Positions 13,228 to 26,537 of a DNA stretch of 64,000 nt are shown here, in pieces; the first letter of the stretch is position 1, and every line of letters starts with the position of its first letter. The notes under the pieces were generated by a model. The model saw only the letters and a list, made by a program, of their open reading frames with translations. It was not told where the DNA came from and did no database searches. The position numbers and the translations under genes are program-made. Source of the stretch: Eledone cirrhosa (taxonomy: Eukaryota). The stretch spans positions 285,200,001-285,264,000 of the forward strand of contig OZ024740.1 of NCBI GenBank assembly GCA_964016885.1, given 5' to 3'.

Positions 13228-13572
13228 GAGGCACATGGCTTAGTAGTTAGAGCATTGGCCTTGCAATCAAAAGGTTGTGAGTTCAATTCTCAGACCGGGT
13301 GATGTGTTGTTTCCTTGAGCAAGACACTTTATTTCACATTGCTCCAGTTTACTCAGCTGTAGAAATGAGATGATAGGGACTGGGATCCATATCATTCCAC
13401 TGCAAAGTGGTCATGGAAGTCCCACGGCAAAAAAGCACCCAGCACTCACTGTAAATGAGGTTGGTGTTAGGAAGGGCATCCAGCTGTAGAAATCAAGCCA
13501 AAATCAGTTCCCGTCCCACCCTTGCAAACAGAAAAAGCGGACGTAAAATTAAATGATGATGATGATGATGAT
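13228..13572 (+). mobile_element. SINE family A, full length with RTE-derived tail and (GAT)n
   Basis: tRNA head; tail GGTTGGTGTTAGGAAGGGCATCCAGC...GGACGTAAAA(TGA)n is shared with RTE 3' ends. Confidence 0.85.
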
Positions 13573-15344
13573 AAGCAACACACCTCTCCAGTTGCAGTCC
13601 TCTGAAGTAAATAGATCACTAGAGTTGACCACACATTGATGATATCTTCAAACCAACATAGGTCAAGTAAATGGATCTTATTCTTACTTCACACCATACT
13701 TTGTTGTTAGTGTCAAGGGTGGATTGCTTTAATGATAAATCAAGGTGTTCAGTTGTCAACTGCAATATTTTGTCCATACATCAAAGCAGCAACAATTCTG
13801 TGTTAACTAGAACTTATCTTTCATAAAAATATTCTATGCTTGTAAACATTAAGTTGACATCTATCCTGCAGTTACTGAAAAAATAAATTAACTTCCTCCC
13901 CTTTCTAACCCTTTTGTGATCATATTTCTAATGAAATGCATTCCCTATTTGTTTCAATTAAATTTGAAAATAATCAAGAATCTGGAAGTATTTATTAAAG
14001 AATCTAACCTTCCCATTATTAAACCTGTGTTTTAAAACATAACTGAGCAAAAGTTATTGCATAAAATTATGATGGAATGTTTTAATTTAAATATGAACAC
14101 TATAAAACCGGTTTCTTATCACAGAAACTGAGGTGGGCTCAGACAGGTTGATATCAAAGGGATTAAATCTATAAATACAGAACTAATTTTGTCAGAGCTT
14201 AATTAATTAATGATATATTGTTGGAATTATGGTGGCACAAAAATATAAGGGGGATCTCCTTCTAGTGTGATGTACTTTGAATGTGTGTGTGTGAGAGAGA
14301 GAGTGTGTGTGTGTATGTGTGTGAGTGTGTGTGTGTGAGTGTGTGTGTGTGTGTGTGAGTGTGTGTGTGTGTGCGTCTGTGTGTGTGTCTGTGTGTGTGT
14401 GGAGAATAGTACTTCCTTGTTAATGTCAATGAACTAGGCAAAAATAACTCTACAAACTCCAAGTTGAGTATAAGGAGAAATTGGGTTAATTACCATTGAC
14501 ATTCCTACATTTGATTATTTACAAACTATAATATGGAATTAATTAACCCTTACATGGAGGATGGGTGGAGTGGCCAAGCTGTGAGAAACAATGAATCCAT
14601 ATGTTAAATCAAAATTTTTATAAGGAATGGCAGAGTGCAAGTGAGCTAAGAAGGGTGACTGAGCATTAAAAACATCAGTTAATTTTCTGGTTAAGCAGTT
14701 ACACTGTTACAGGCAGAATGAAATGAAACAACACACCTGTTGTTGCATGCTGATAGTGTAAAGTAGCCAATTGCAGAAGAGCAAAAAAGATATAGGAAGA
14801 AGTGGTGAGACCCATTCTCAGGATGTTGGGCATAATAGATAAGATGACATATGACTGACAGTAGTAATGACATGCTGTCAAATTTATGTGAGCATGGAAA
14901 ACAAAATAGACATTAAAGCACCCAGGATGGGGCATTCAGTGCAATGGTGGTGACAACAACAATAACAATGAGCAAAATAGTTCATAAATGAGTTCATTTT
15001 AGTCTTCTGTTGAATACATAAAGAATATAGCATACATTTGGACAATATTTTGCTCAAACTGCAAGAAACAAGAGATACATTTTCCTCAAATCAAACCCCT
15101 AACATGTTTTTTAAAAAAAGGCAGATATTTCTGGATGAGCCTTTTCTGCAAAATAGTGTACAAAATATGTAAATTAGCTCATCAGAGTTCTTAGGTTCAA
15201 AGTCATTAGTCAGAACACTCTAATTTTATAATTCAGATAATCACCAGCAATAGAAATGCATTTCTATCTAGAGGAAATATGAATATTTGCAATTTATGAA
15301 AGGATTAATTTTTTTTTTCTTTTTTTTTTCACACACATTGCTCT

Positions 15345-15373
15345 AGTATTACTACTACTATTACTACTACTAT

Positions 15374-15436
<63 letters not shown>

Positions 15437-15513
15437 CACCACCACCGTCATTATGACCAACACTACCAACACCACCACTACAACCACCACCACCACCACC
15501 ACCACCACCACCA
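15345..15513. repeat. (CTA)n/(CCA)n microsatellite
   Basis: Read directly from the sequence. Confidence 0.95.
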
Positions 15514-15672
15514 CGTTGGATAATGCAATCATAGATATAGAAAAAGTTTGGGAGGGTCAATGATGGAATGCCTTTGATTATAGGTCTGCATGTACATGCT
15601 TGATCTGCAGCTAAATAACAAGTGCATTAACTACTAATATCACAGCCCTCATACTTATATTGTTGATATTTT

Positions 15673-15867
15673 TTAACCCTTCAGCATTTAAACCAGCCAT
15701 ATCCAGCTGTAACTGGCCACTCACACTGATGTTAAGGTATTGTTCTCAAAATAAATAATATCAAAATCTCATAGATTCGATATTATGTAAGATAATTCTG
15801 TGGGGTAAACCCTTTACCATAAAAATATAATAGTAAATATAGAGTAATGTAAATGCTAAAGGGTTAA
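15673..15867. mobile_element. piggyBac-like TTAA MITE
   Basis: TTAA|CCCTT(C/T)AGCATTTA ... TAAATGCTAAAGGG|TTAA. Confidence 0.85.
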
Positions 15868-15887
15868 ACTCATAAACATCTCTTATT

Positions 15888-16279
15888 TTAACCCTTTAGC
15901 ATTCAAACCGGCCATATCCGGCCAGAATTCTCTCACATCTTCTGTTCAAACCGGTTATAACTGACCACTCATACCAACGTTAAAGTATTGTTCTTAAATA
16001 AAATAATATCAAAATCTCATAAATTTGATATTATGGGACATAATTATGTAAGATAAAGCCTTTACTGTGAAAATACAATAGTATAAATCATCATCATCAT
16101 CATCATCATATATAGAATAATTGTTTCTACTTTTGGCACAAGGCCAGCAATTACCCAGTACATTACTGGTACTTTATTTTATCGACCCCGTAAGGATGAT
16201 AGGCAAAGTTAACCCCCGCGGAATTTGAACTCAGAATGGCAAGGGCCGTAACAGAATAATGCAAATGCTAAAGGGTTAA
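15888..16279. mobile_element. piggyBac-like TTAA MITE interrupted by SINE B (16116-16251)
   Basis: Same TIRs and TTAA TSD. Confidence 0.85.
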
Positions 16280-16701
16280 AAGGGTTAAAGGGCAGTTCTT
16301 AGCTCCCACTGAGTGTGACACCAGTCTATTTATTATAGCTAACATTCCCATGGGGATCATCACAAACTTATTTTTAACAGCTAAGTGAACAAAATTAGTT
16401 TGTCGCCCTTGCCTTTCTTTACCAGAATTAATCAGTAATTTTTGTTTTCTTCCTCTTCAGTGTTTAGCTCACTACATTGTATATTGCTATTTGTTTTTCA
16501 TGCAGAAGGCATCTCTTGGTATTTCTTTTCCAGTCGTTCGTACACTTTGTTAAGCAGCCCAGTCTTGATGGTTCTAATGAGCATGTTATCTCAAGAATGG
16601 AAGGAAGTACTGCATCATCATTCACATCAGGAACTGAAGAGGAAATAATAAAATTTCCCATCATTCTCAGAAATGGAACTGGTAGCTTGACTTGCTAATT
16701 A

Positions 16702-16770
16702 GAAGAAGAAGAAGAAGAAGAAGAAGAAGAAGAAGAAGAAGAAGAAGAAGAAGAAGAAGAAGAAGAAGAA
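16702..16770. repeat. (GAA)n microsatellite
   Basis: Read directly from the sequence. Confidence 0.95.
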
Positions 16771-17407
16771 AACAAAAACTCACTCACCACAGTTAAAAAA
16801 ACCAACAACCTAACAATGCCTTTACTTTCTGTAAAAGTTACACATGTTTACATTGCTATGCTCTATACATTACTGGTGACTGGAGCCATTCTTTTAAAAC
16901 AACCAATTAAGTTCTTTGCATGCAGAATTCATATTTCAGACTCTAAAAATAAAAAGATCTAGCCAATTTAACCCTCTTGAAATCCATCATCTGTCAAAAA
17001 GGCAGCGAATTGGCTGAGGGATTAGAATGCTGGTAGAATGCCTTGCGATTTCTGTTCCAGCTTTCTAAGTTCTGGGTTTAAATCTCACAAAGGTCAATTT
17101 TGCCTTTCGAGGTCGAAAAAAATGCACCAGTCCAGTACTGGGGGTAGGGGCGATTTTTCTTCTGTATCTCTTTCTCACTTCCTCTCTCTTTCTCACTTCC
17201 TCTCTCTCTCTCTCTATCATTTTCTTTCATTCAATCAAAAAGGGATATGCTCTGCAAAGTTTAAAATGTGGCACCCTTACAACTCATGAGGAGATATGGG
17301 TTTAAGAAAGAAGACGACCCATTTTAAAGAATCCCTATTTAACCCTTTAGCATTTACATTAATTTATATATGCTATTGTATTTTTATGGTAAAGACTTTA
17401 TCTTATA

Positions 17408-20400
17408 CTAGCAGAATGGCCCGGCATTGCTCGGGATTCTAAACATAGATTGGCATGTTTATCCCTCCTTTCTGAAACAGTACAGAGAAGAACGGAATAC
17501 CTCGGCTTTGCGACCGTCGAATAGCAGATTCCACTGACAATTCATTTGCCCGCCTTGTTCTTTTTCTTGCCGTTTTCACAGTATTTCGGCCAATGGAGTA
17601 TCTCTTCTTTCGAGGCCTGACCTAAAAGCAGGACGAAGTACACTAAGACTAACTGGTAGAGTAAGGAGTAAACTCGTCAGTGATGCATGTGATTTCTGAA
17701 ACATTGACGATGTAATTGCTAAGCCATGAGTGCCATCTTAACCGGTGTGCGACGTTATAGCGATGTATCTATCTGCATTATGACATTATGAAAACATTGA
17801 TTTCGCTATCTGTGTGTGTATATATATGTATATATAGTGTGACGTGCGATATAGAGGAACAGTGGCAATTCTTGAAAGTGAACCTGCTGAAAGCTATGGA
17901 TGAAATCTGTGGCTGGAGCAGACCTATTGGCAGGAGGAGAGTAACTTGGTAGTGGAACAGTAAGGTAGAAGAGACAATTAAGGCCAAAAAGCAGGCTTGG
18001 AAAGTATGGCAGAATGGGGGGAAGTAAAGAGCACTATCAAGTGGCCAGGAGAAAAGCTAGGAGACAAGTGTACCTTGCAAAAAGGGAAGCAGAGGAAAGA
18101 AAGTTCAAGCATGTTCTACAACGTGAGGATCAAAAATGCGGTGTTCAGGATTGCTAGACAATGTGTCAAGGAAAACCGTGATATTGTCGGGGAGAAGTGT
18201 GTCCATAATGATAACGGTGTACTTGCCCTCACTGATGCTGATAAGAAGATAGCCTGGAAGTGTCACTACGAGAGACTATTAAATGAAGAGAATAAGTGAG
18301 AAAAAGATAGTCTGCCCCAAATCGATCTAATAGAGGGACAAGCAGTGCAAGTTGAAGGTAGTATAATAAGTAAGGCAATCAAAGATATGAAGACAGGCAA
18401 GGCAGCTGGGCCTTCAGAGATAGTTGCTGAAATGCTGAAAGCGTCTGGAATGGTGGGACACACTATGGTCACCCGGATAGAAAACCAAGTCATACAGAAC
18501 GGGGTCATACCAAATGACTGGCGTAGCAGCATCATCATTAACTGCTACAAGGGTAAAGGAGATGCTCTAGATAGGGGAAACTATAGAAGCATTAAGTTAG
18601 TTGACCAGGTGATGAAGGTCACAGAAAGAGTTATAGCGCAACTAATGAGAGAGCGAATTGATCTAGATGAAATGCAGTTTGGGTTTGTGTCAGGTAAAAG
18701 TAACACTGACGCTCTTTTCCTTGTACGACAACTACAAGAGAAGTACCTAGCTAAAAGTAGACCCCTCTACTTAGCTTTTGTAGACCTGGAAAAAGCCTTT
18801 GACAGAGTCCCCCGCTCAATTATCTGGTGGGCTCTTACAAAACTAGGTGTAGATGAATGGCTTGTGAGAGCTATACAAGCCATGTATAATGAAACAGTCA
18901 GTAAGGTTAGAATTAACAATGAATATAGTGAAGAATTTAGTGTAAAAGTTGGTGTTCACCAAGGCTCTGTCCTTAGCCCCCTCCTATTTATTATTGCCCT
19001 TCAGGCTATAACAGAGGAGTTCAAGACCAGCTGCCCATGGGAACTCCTATATGCAGATGATCTAAGGCTCATAGCTGAATCAATGGCTGAACTAGAAAAG
19101 AAATTCCAAACATGGAAGCATGGCCTAGAATCAAAAGGCCTTAAAGTTAACTTGTCTAAGACTAAAGTCCTAGTTTGTAGAAAGGAAAATAAGGCACAGG
19201 TACCCTCAGGGAAATGGCCTTGCTCAGTGTGTAGGAAAGGAGTAGACAAAAATTCCATTTTATGTCCCAAATGCAAAGTATGGGTACATAAAATATGTAG
19301 TGGGATCACAGGTAAACTATCTAAGAACGTAGACTTTATATGTGGCCGATGCTCAGGTGCAATAGGTAGCAAGTGTCCACAGGATACTAGCCCCTTCTAT
19401 TGCCCAGATGGTTCTATAGAAATAGTAGACACTTTCCGTTACCTGGGTGACGAAATCAGCAGTGGTGGAGGGTGTTCTGAAAGTACAGTAGCCAGAGTCA
19501 GAACGGGATGGAAAAAAGTTCAGAGAGCTTATACCGCTGTTGGCCACAAAAGGTTTCTCTCTAAAAATGAAAGGCAGATTGTATGATGCTTGTATACGAA
19601 CAGCAATGCTACATGGCAGTGAGACATGGGCATTGCGTGCAGAGGACCTGCGTAGACTGGAAAGGAACGAAGCATGCATGCTCCGTTGGATGTGTAACAG
19701 TAATATACGTGAACGGCAAAGCATAAGTGAACTAAGTGAGAAATTAGGAATAAGAGGGATCAGATGCTGTTTACTCGAGAGAAGACTACGTTGGTATGGC
19801 CACGTGATGCGCATGAAAGATGACAGCTGTATAAAAAAGTGCAGGGCGATCAAAATTAATGGTAGTTACGGAGTAGGTAGACCCAGAAAAATATGGGACG
19901 ATCTGATAAATTCCGACCTTACACACTTACACCTCTCTAAAACAATGTCACTGGACTGAGATCTTTGGTGCTACGCAGTAATACAGAAGACCCGTTTTGC
20001 CTATGTACAAAGCGAAACCTACAGTCAGTAGGCACCTCTTAACCAAATATACACCCCAATCCACTACCCCTACCCTATCCTCCCACTCCCACCAACACCA
20101 CCCTCTCTCTATAAAGTTGGTACCACAACATCCAGTCCAAATAAATGAGATAAATGAGATTGAGATTGTGTAGGTGTCACGAGAAAAACACACAGCCACG
20201 CTGTAATGTGGCCGTGTAGGTAACACGGTAAAAAGTTCCCAATTCCACACTGTAAATGTGGTTGGTGTTAGAAAGAGCATCCAGCCGTAGAAAACCTGCC
20301 AGATAGTCCTATATGAGCGAGACACGGTCACCCGACCAAACCTTGCTTCAAGTGGGACAACTCCTGTCTAACCCATGCTAGCGTGGAAAGTGGACGTTAA

Positions 20401-20921
20401 ACGAAGATGATGATGATGATGATGATATAGTGTTGTCGAACCAAAGAGGGCTTGATAAGGATAAATATATATCAAATATATAAGAACCCTAGAGCAAATA
20501 TTGTTCTCATTGTTGACGTATTATCTTCACTTTTTTCCATTCATTGCCAGGGAACGTCTTCACAAACCAAAGTATCATCTTCCTGTTTTCCTTCGGTTGC
20601 AACGTTTTTCGAAATATTTACTTCTGCGTTTTATCTTTTCATAATGTCGTAATGCAGACAGCCAGACATACGGACAGATATTACAAGGGTGCGACGTTAT
20701 AGCTATGTATCTATCTAAAAAGACAGACTAAGAAAAAGAGAGAGAGATCGCTAAATCACCTAATGCGGTCCCTAGGGCATTGAAAATTTGAAATATTTTT
20801 TGCTCAAAACATTCACACGACCATAAGTATTACATGTGTAAAGTTTGAAAAAAATCGGTTGGGTGGTTCTCGAGTTTTAGGGGGACAGACAGACAGACAT
20901 TCTCTGATTTAGATATATAGA
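17408..20921 (-). mobile_element. Non-autonomous Helitron copy 1 (contains an RTE insertion)
   Basis: 5' TCTATATATC, (GTCT)n, 3' GC hairpin and CTAG on the minus strand. Confidence 0.75.
17846..20427 (+). mobile_element. 5'-truncated RTE LINE with RT domain, PHD-like finger, 3' UTR and (GAT)n tail
   Basis: ORFs 18345-19586 and 19540-19959: NYRSIKL, FVDLEKAFD, GVHQGSVLSPLLF, YADD, FRYLG, RLRWYGHV; contains a frameshift and stops. Confidence 0.95.
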
Positions 20922-21651
20922 CTAGCAGAATGGCCTGGCGTTGATCGGGATTCTAAACATAGATTGGCATGTTTATACCTCCTTTATGAAACAGTACAGA
21001 GAAGTACAGAATACCTCGGCCTGAGAATGGTGTCTACATTTTGTGCTTATAAAAAAAATTTGTCGTAGATTATCAGGGGTTTAACTTAATTGGGTGCCTG
21101 ACAGTAAAATGTTCAACCCATGAAAGAGCCAAGACAATAGAGTTGAGTAAAAAGGCATTCGACAAACCGAACATGTATTTGTTGTGCTATGGTACAATGA
21201 AAGCAATAGTTACAGAGCAGTAAGCATGTGGGACTGCAGTGTTGGAGAGCATGAAGGATATGCAAAGTTTTTTAAAAAATCGGTTGGGTACTTCTCGAGT
21301 TACAGGCTCTAACGCAACCAAAATGCTTTCAAAAATCGGTTTTTCGCCTAATGCTGTCCCTGGGGCAAAAAATGAGAAAATCTTTTTTGCTCAAAACATT
21401 AAACGACATAAGTAATGCAAATTTTGAAGAAATTGCCTGGATTATTGTTCCGTTATTCCTCAAAAAAGCCTTTAAAGCCTAAAATATGCAGTCTTTTGCC
21501 TAATGCGGTCCCTAGGGCATTGAAAATTTGAAATACACTCACACGGCCATAAGTATTACATGTGTAAAGTTTGAAAAAAATCGGTTGGGTGGTTCTCGGG
21601 TTTTAGGGAGACAGACAGACAGACAGACATTCTCTGTTATAGATATATAGA
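20922..21651 (-). mobile_element. Non-autonomous Helitron copy 2, head-to-tail with copy 1
   Basis: Same 5' TC and 3' hairpin-CTAG termini. Confidence 0.75.
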
Positions 21652-22366
21652 TAATATCTCACATAATATCAAATCTATGAGATTTTGATATTATTTATTT
21701 TGAGAACATTACCTTAACATCAATATGAGTGGCCAGTTATAGCCAGTTTGAAGAGAAAGAGGTGAGAAAATTTTGGCCGGATATGGCCAGTTTAAATGCT
21801 AAAGGTTTAAATTAAAATCTTTAAACATAATTTTATATAAGAACTGTTTGTTAAGTTTCTTTCTTAATGATCAAATAATTGATAACTTCAGTAAATTCCA
21901 ATACCTGAAAATTCTTCAATAATTAATTGAAATAGAGTTTATTTCATCAGTAATATGCTCACGAAAGCGTTAATACTAGCCTTTGTCTACACATCCTGAA
22001 CAAATAAATAGCCAGAAAGCCAGAGAGATCTATAGTAAATACTTTAACACCCATTTCTAATACCTTTTTCTTTACTACTTATCTACATTATCTGAACTAA
22101 GTATTTTTTATGGATCTGATAAATAGTGTACTGAGTAATGGACACAAAACCAAAGCAAAAACCTAACGGAAATTGTTAGCAACTCCCAAGAAAAACAGGA
22201 GATAATTTGAAAAGAAATTATAAATTAATTTCACGAAAATGTCAGTATATATGCTTATAGTGAAATTTGACCTTGTTAGTGGGCGGGATGACAGCTTGGG
22301 ATATGTTTCAATTACATTGGACCTCATCAGTAAGACTTTTTGATTAGTTGACAAAAGTTTTATATA

Positions 22367-22689
22367 CAGTTGTCCCCTGGTATTTGCTGGAGTTATGTTC
22401 CTAGAGCACCCACGAAGAGTGAAAAACCACGAATATTGGACGTGATCCATAAAAATGCCTATAAATGTCAAAATATAACGTAAGATATAGGCCGGCAAAA
22501 AAAGTATATTGTTATAAATAATTTAGCATTAAAAAGCATGAAAAAATATATATTGCCATGAAAAAAGCCATAAAAAATCACAGAAGATATTTTCGATTCC
22601 GCGAATATGCGGTGGTTTCCACGAATAATACTTAGGTTCTAACGAAAATTCCGTGAATAAACGGGACCGCGAATACCAGGGGTACACTG
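22367..22689. mobile_element. Tigger/pogo-like MITE
   Basis: TA|CAGTTGTCCCCTGGTATT ... AATACCAGGGGTACACTG|TA. Confidence 0.75.
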
Positions 22690-22790
22690 TATAGAAAAAA
22701 GTAATGTAAAGTTATGGCCAGTAAAGATTTATATAATTGAAAAATATAAGCTAAAGGAAGCAGCTTAAACACATCACCACTTGCATATAA

Positions 22791-25540
22791 GGGGCTAACA
22801 ATAGTCATGTTAGTGCTGCATATGGTAGTGGGGTGGCTAGAGTAACCATATGTCAGAACCTCTCAACTGTTATCAAGCAATTGCACAGCCTTTTTCTCTT
22901 TCAGGTACATTAAACCTCTACCCAAGGAAATAACAGCAACTGTCAAGATACAAATCTCAGGAATGTCACCCTCAATGTTGGTACCCTGAAAGACAAATCA
23001 GGTGAAATTGTGGAACTGTTAGAGAGAAGAGAAGTAGATGTATGTTGTGTACAAGAGGTGAAATGGAGGGGTGCTTCAGCAAGACTAATCGCAGGCAAAC
23101 AACTTATATATACTCTTTTGGGTAGGAAATGATGATGGAGTACAAGGTGTAGGCATCTTATTAGCTGAGAAGTGGGTAGATAAGGAAGTAGTTAGAGTAA
23201 GTGACAGAATCATCAACTTTAAAATGGCTGTAGGAAAAAGAATGGTGACAATTACACCTACCTACACTTCACAGACAGAACTAAGTAAATACCAACAGGT
23301 CAAATTCTATGAGGAACATTTACAGACAACTTCAAGCATTGATGAAAGAAACATCATCATCCTTGCAGATGACTTCAATTGACATGTGGGACAGTACCAG
23401 GACGGATTCTGTGGAGTTCACAGCAGCTGTGGTTATGCTAAAAAAATGAAAAGGGTTTGAGACTCCTGGAATTCAGTGATGCAAATGAACTAATCATCTG
23501 CAACACAAATTTCAGGAAACAAGCCAGCTACCTGATCACAGATCAATCAGGTGAACACATAATCCAAATTGGTTATTTGTTTTTAAGACAATGAGAGAAA
23601 TGAATTGTAATAAATACTAAGGCCTTCCCTGGGGAAGAATGCACCACCTAACACAAGTTAGTTATTAGTGACAGCAAAATAAACACAATTCAGAACAAGA
23701 TATGTGGGAATATAAGGAGACAGATAGTTTGGAAGCTAAAGGAGCTTTCAGTTAAATATAGGTTTAGAACAGCCCTACAGGATGCAGTAGATGAGAGAAA
23801 TGATGAACTAGGTACATATAACATAGAGGACAACTGGAAATTCCTACATGACAACATTTTGCAAACCACTGACAAGACTTGTGGCTGAAGTAAAATGCCA
23901 GCCAGACAGGGTGGTAGAACAGCACAGTGGATAGAGCCATTAAAGTCAAGAGACAGGAATGAAGAGACTGGCACAAAAAAATGGTGATAGCAGAGACCAG
24001 TACCAGGTAGCTAATAGAAAAGCTAGACGACTGATATATACACAGTTCAGAGAGATACAGAAAATTTGCCAATGTCATAAGATGTGAGGACCAGAGACAT
24101 GAAGTGTTTTGCATTGCAAGGCAGTGTTCTCTTCTTCTTCACCCACTTATTCCTGAGAGGGTCGTAGGAGCAGAGTCCTCAAACACTCCTTCCTGCAGGT
24201 CCTGTCAGAAGCAACTGTCTCCAACTGATCCAGCTGGATCCCCCAAGTGAGACCAGCCAAGCTCATGGATTTATCCAACCATCTTACTCAGAGTCTACTC
24301 CAGCCGGTTGGTTTTGCCATTAAAATCTGTCCAACGATTCTTTCCTGAGGCATTCTTACCACATGTCCATAGTATTGGAGCTGTGATCTCTCAATTTGGA
24401 AAAGTAGTGGCGCTACCTGGAGTGACTCTCTGATCTTTCAGCTAAGCACTCTATTGAGTAACATAACTCCAAAGACTCTTCGGAGAAACCTCATTTCAGC
24501 AGGTTGAAAGGCAGATTGCATAAAGCAATATATAAAATGTTACATGTTAGTGAAACTTGGTCTTTATGTACGAAGAGTGGAAAGAACTGAGGCGAGCATG
24601 CTCCAATTCACAATTATATTCTTTCAGTCATTACCCAAGATTTATGACCATAGGTAAGGGTTGGCACAAATACCAAATTGAAGATGGCTTTTAGATCTAC
24701 CTCCCTTCTTCTGATTACCGAATCGTGAAGCTGGCACATTACTGCACCAGCTCCTGCAATTCTTGTACTTAATTCTGCCTCCTGCCATCCATCACTTGTG
24801 AACACAGCCCCAAGATACTTGAACTTCTCCACCTGCTTCAGTGGAACTCCATCCACATGTAGAGTGCACTGTGCAGGCTTCCTTGAGAGGACAAGTGTCT
24901 CAGTACTGATTTTCATTCCAGCCATGCAGCATTTGGCATCAAACCTATCAAGTGCAAATTGGAAATCACTTTCTGTCAAATTAAGTAACCCCATGTCGCC
25001 TGAAAATTCCAGCCCTGGTAGTGTGGGTGGGTGTTCTGAAAGTACAGTAGCCAGAGTGAGGACTGGTTGGAATAAGTTCAAGGAGCTACTACCACTGCTG
25101 GCTACAAAGGGTCTCTCTCTCAGGTTGAAAGGCAGATTGCATAAAGCAGCAATGTTACATGTTAGTGAAACTTGGTCTTTATGTACGAAGAGTGGAAAGA
25201 ACTGAGGCGAGCATGCTCCAATGTATGTATAATAGTAGTATACATAAGCAATGAAGCATCAATGAGCATAAGAAAGATTGGGTGCAGTGTGCAAGAGAGG
25301 AGACTGCAATGGTATGGATATGTAATGCTTATGAAAGAAGACAGCTGCATAAAGAAATGCATTAGTGCCTGAAGTCAAAGGAACATTTGCAAGGTGAAGA
25401 CCTAGGAAAATGTGGGATGATGTGGTGAGAGGCGACCTCATGCAGCTGAACTTCACAAAGGTGATGACCAGGATTGAGAAATTGGCAATATTCAGTAATA
25501 CAAGGGAATCATCTTCCCATGAAAGCAGGATGAAACGAAC
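22791..25540 (+). mobile_element. Old RTE LINE (5' leader, endonuclease and C-terminus; RT core absent)
   Basis: LNVGTL, CCVQEVKW, GVGILLAEKW and RLQWYG motifs with many stops. Confidence 0.8.
24125..25012 (-). mobile_element. Second RTE-family 3' fragment inserted antisense into the old RTE
   Basis: LKQVEKFKYLG...FVPTLTYG motifs; (AAG)n tail at about 24130. Confidence 0.75.
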
Positions 25541-26212
25541 ACAAGGAAGATGCCCCACTCTACCCAGCTGCCAGTATGCCTCTCACTCCTTCAACCCCCA
25601 CCTTCCTCCTTCCAATTTAAACCCGAAAGAGCAGAAAGAGGGAACAACTCTCAGGTCCATACCTGCTAGTATACTCCTGACCTCTTCACCAAATCCATGC
25701 TCCCAATGGAAAACTAGAGTGACCCCTGCCAAACCGTTGCACCCTCAACACTTCTTCAACCATGGGAATCCTGGTACTCCCCAAAATGACAGACATCACC
25801 TCCTCACTTGCTCCTAAACTCCCATTTTAGGCCTTCAAGGGAAACCAGGTACACCCCACAGACACCATCCACTTATTTCAGGGTCAACCCCATGACCTGA
25901 AACTCTCCCTCTCCACAGTGCACTGTCTGTAACTTTCCCTAGCCGCCCAACCATACCAAAACACTGAGCACCTTGGTGTTGTAATGTGGTAGTGCTGATG
26001 GCATAATGAAAAGCACCCAGTCCAGCCTGTAAGGTCGTAGTACCAGAGTCACAATAAAATGTTCTCAGTACACACTGTAAAGTGGTTGGTGTTAAAAAAG
26101 GTATCCTGCCATAGAAACCATACTTTCAGATCAAGTCCCATTCAATTCATGTCAGCATGGAAGAGCAGATATAAAAAACAACGATAATGGTGATCATCAT
26201 CATTCATCATTT

Positions 26213-26537
26213 CATTTTTACGTCCGCTTTTTCCCTGCTTGCAAGGGTGGGGCGGGAACTGATTCTGGCTTGATTTCTACAGCTGGATGCCCTTCCTAAC
26301 ACCAACCTCATTTACAGTGAGTGCTGGGTGCTTTTTTGCCGTGGCACCTCCACGACCACTTTGCAGTGGAATGATAGGGACCCCAGTCCCTATCATCTCA
26401 TTTCTACAGCTGAGTAAACTGGAGCAATATGAAATAAAGTGTCTTGCTCAAGGAAACAACACATCACCCGGTCTGAGAATTGAACTCACAACCTCTCAAT
26501 TGCAAGCCCAATGCTCTCACCACTAAGCCATTTGCTT
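26213..26537 (-). mobile_element. SINE family A
   Basis: Reverse complement of the 13228 copy. Confidence 0.85.

Larger units (their letters stand above)
17339..21810. mobile_element. TTAA MITE split by a tandem Helitron insertion (halves 17339-17407 and 21652-21810)
   Basis: The two halves rejoin into the MITE consensus at an A|T site. Confidence 0.8.

Noticed and set aside
13228-13300. tRNA-like sequences with A and B boxes
   Set aside because: They are SINE heads followed by central domains and LINE tails; no proper cloverleaf.
16440-16700. Coding-looking segment with overlapping ORFs
   Set aside because: Fragments (LPSI..MLIRT, SELN) fit a highly decayed RTE C-terminus; no consistent splice frame.
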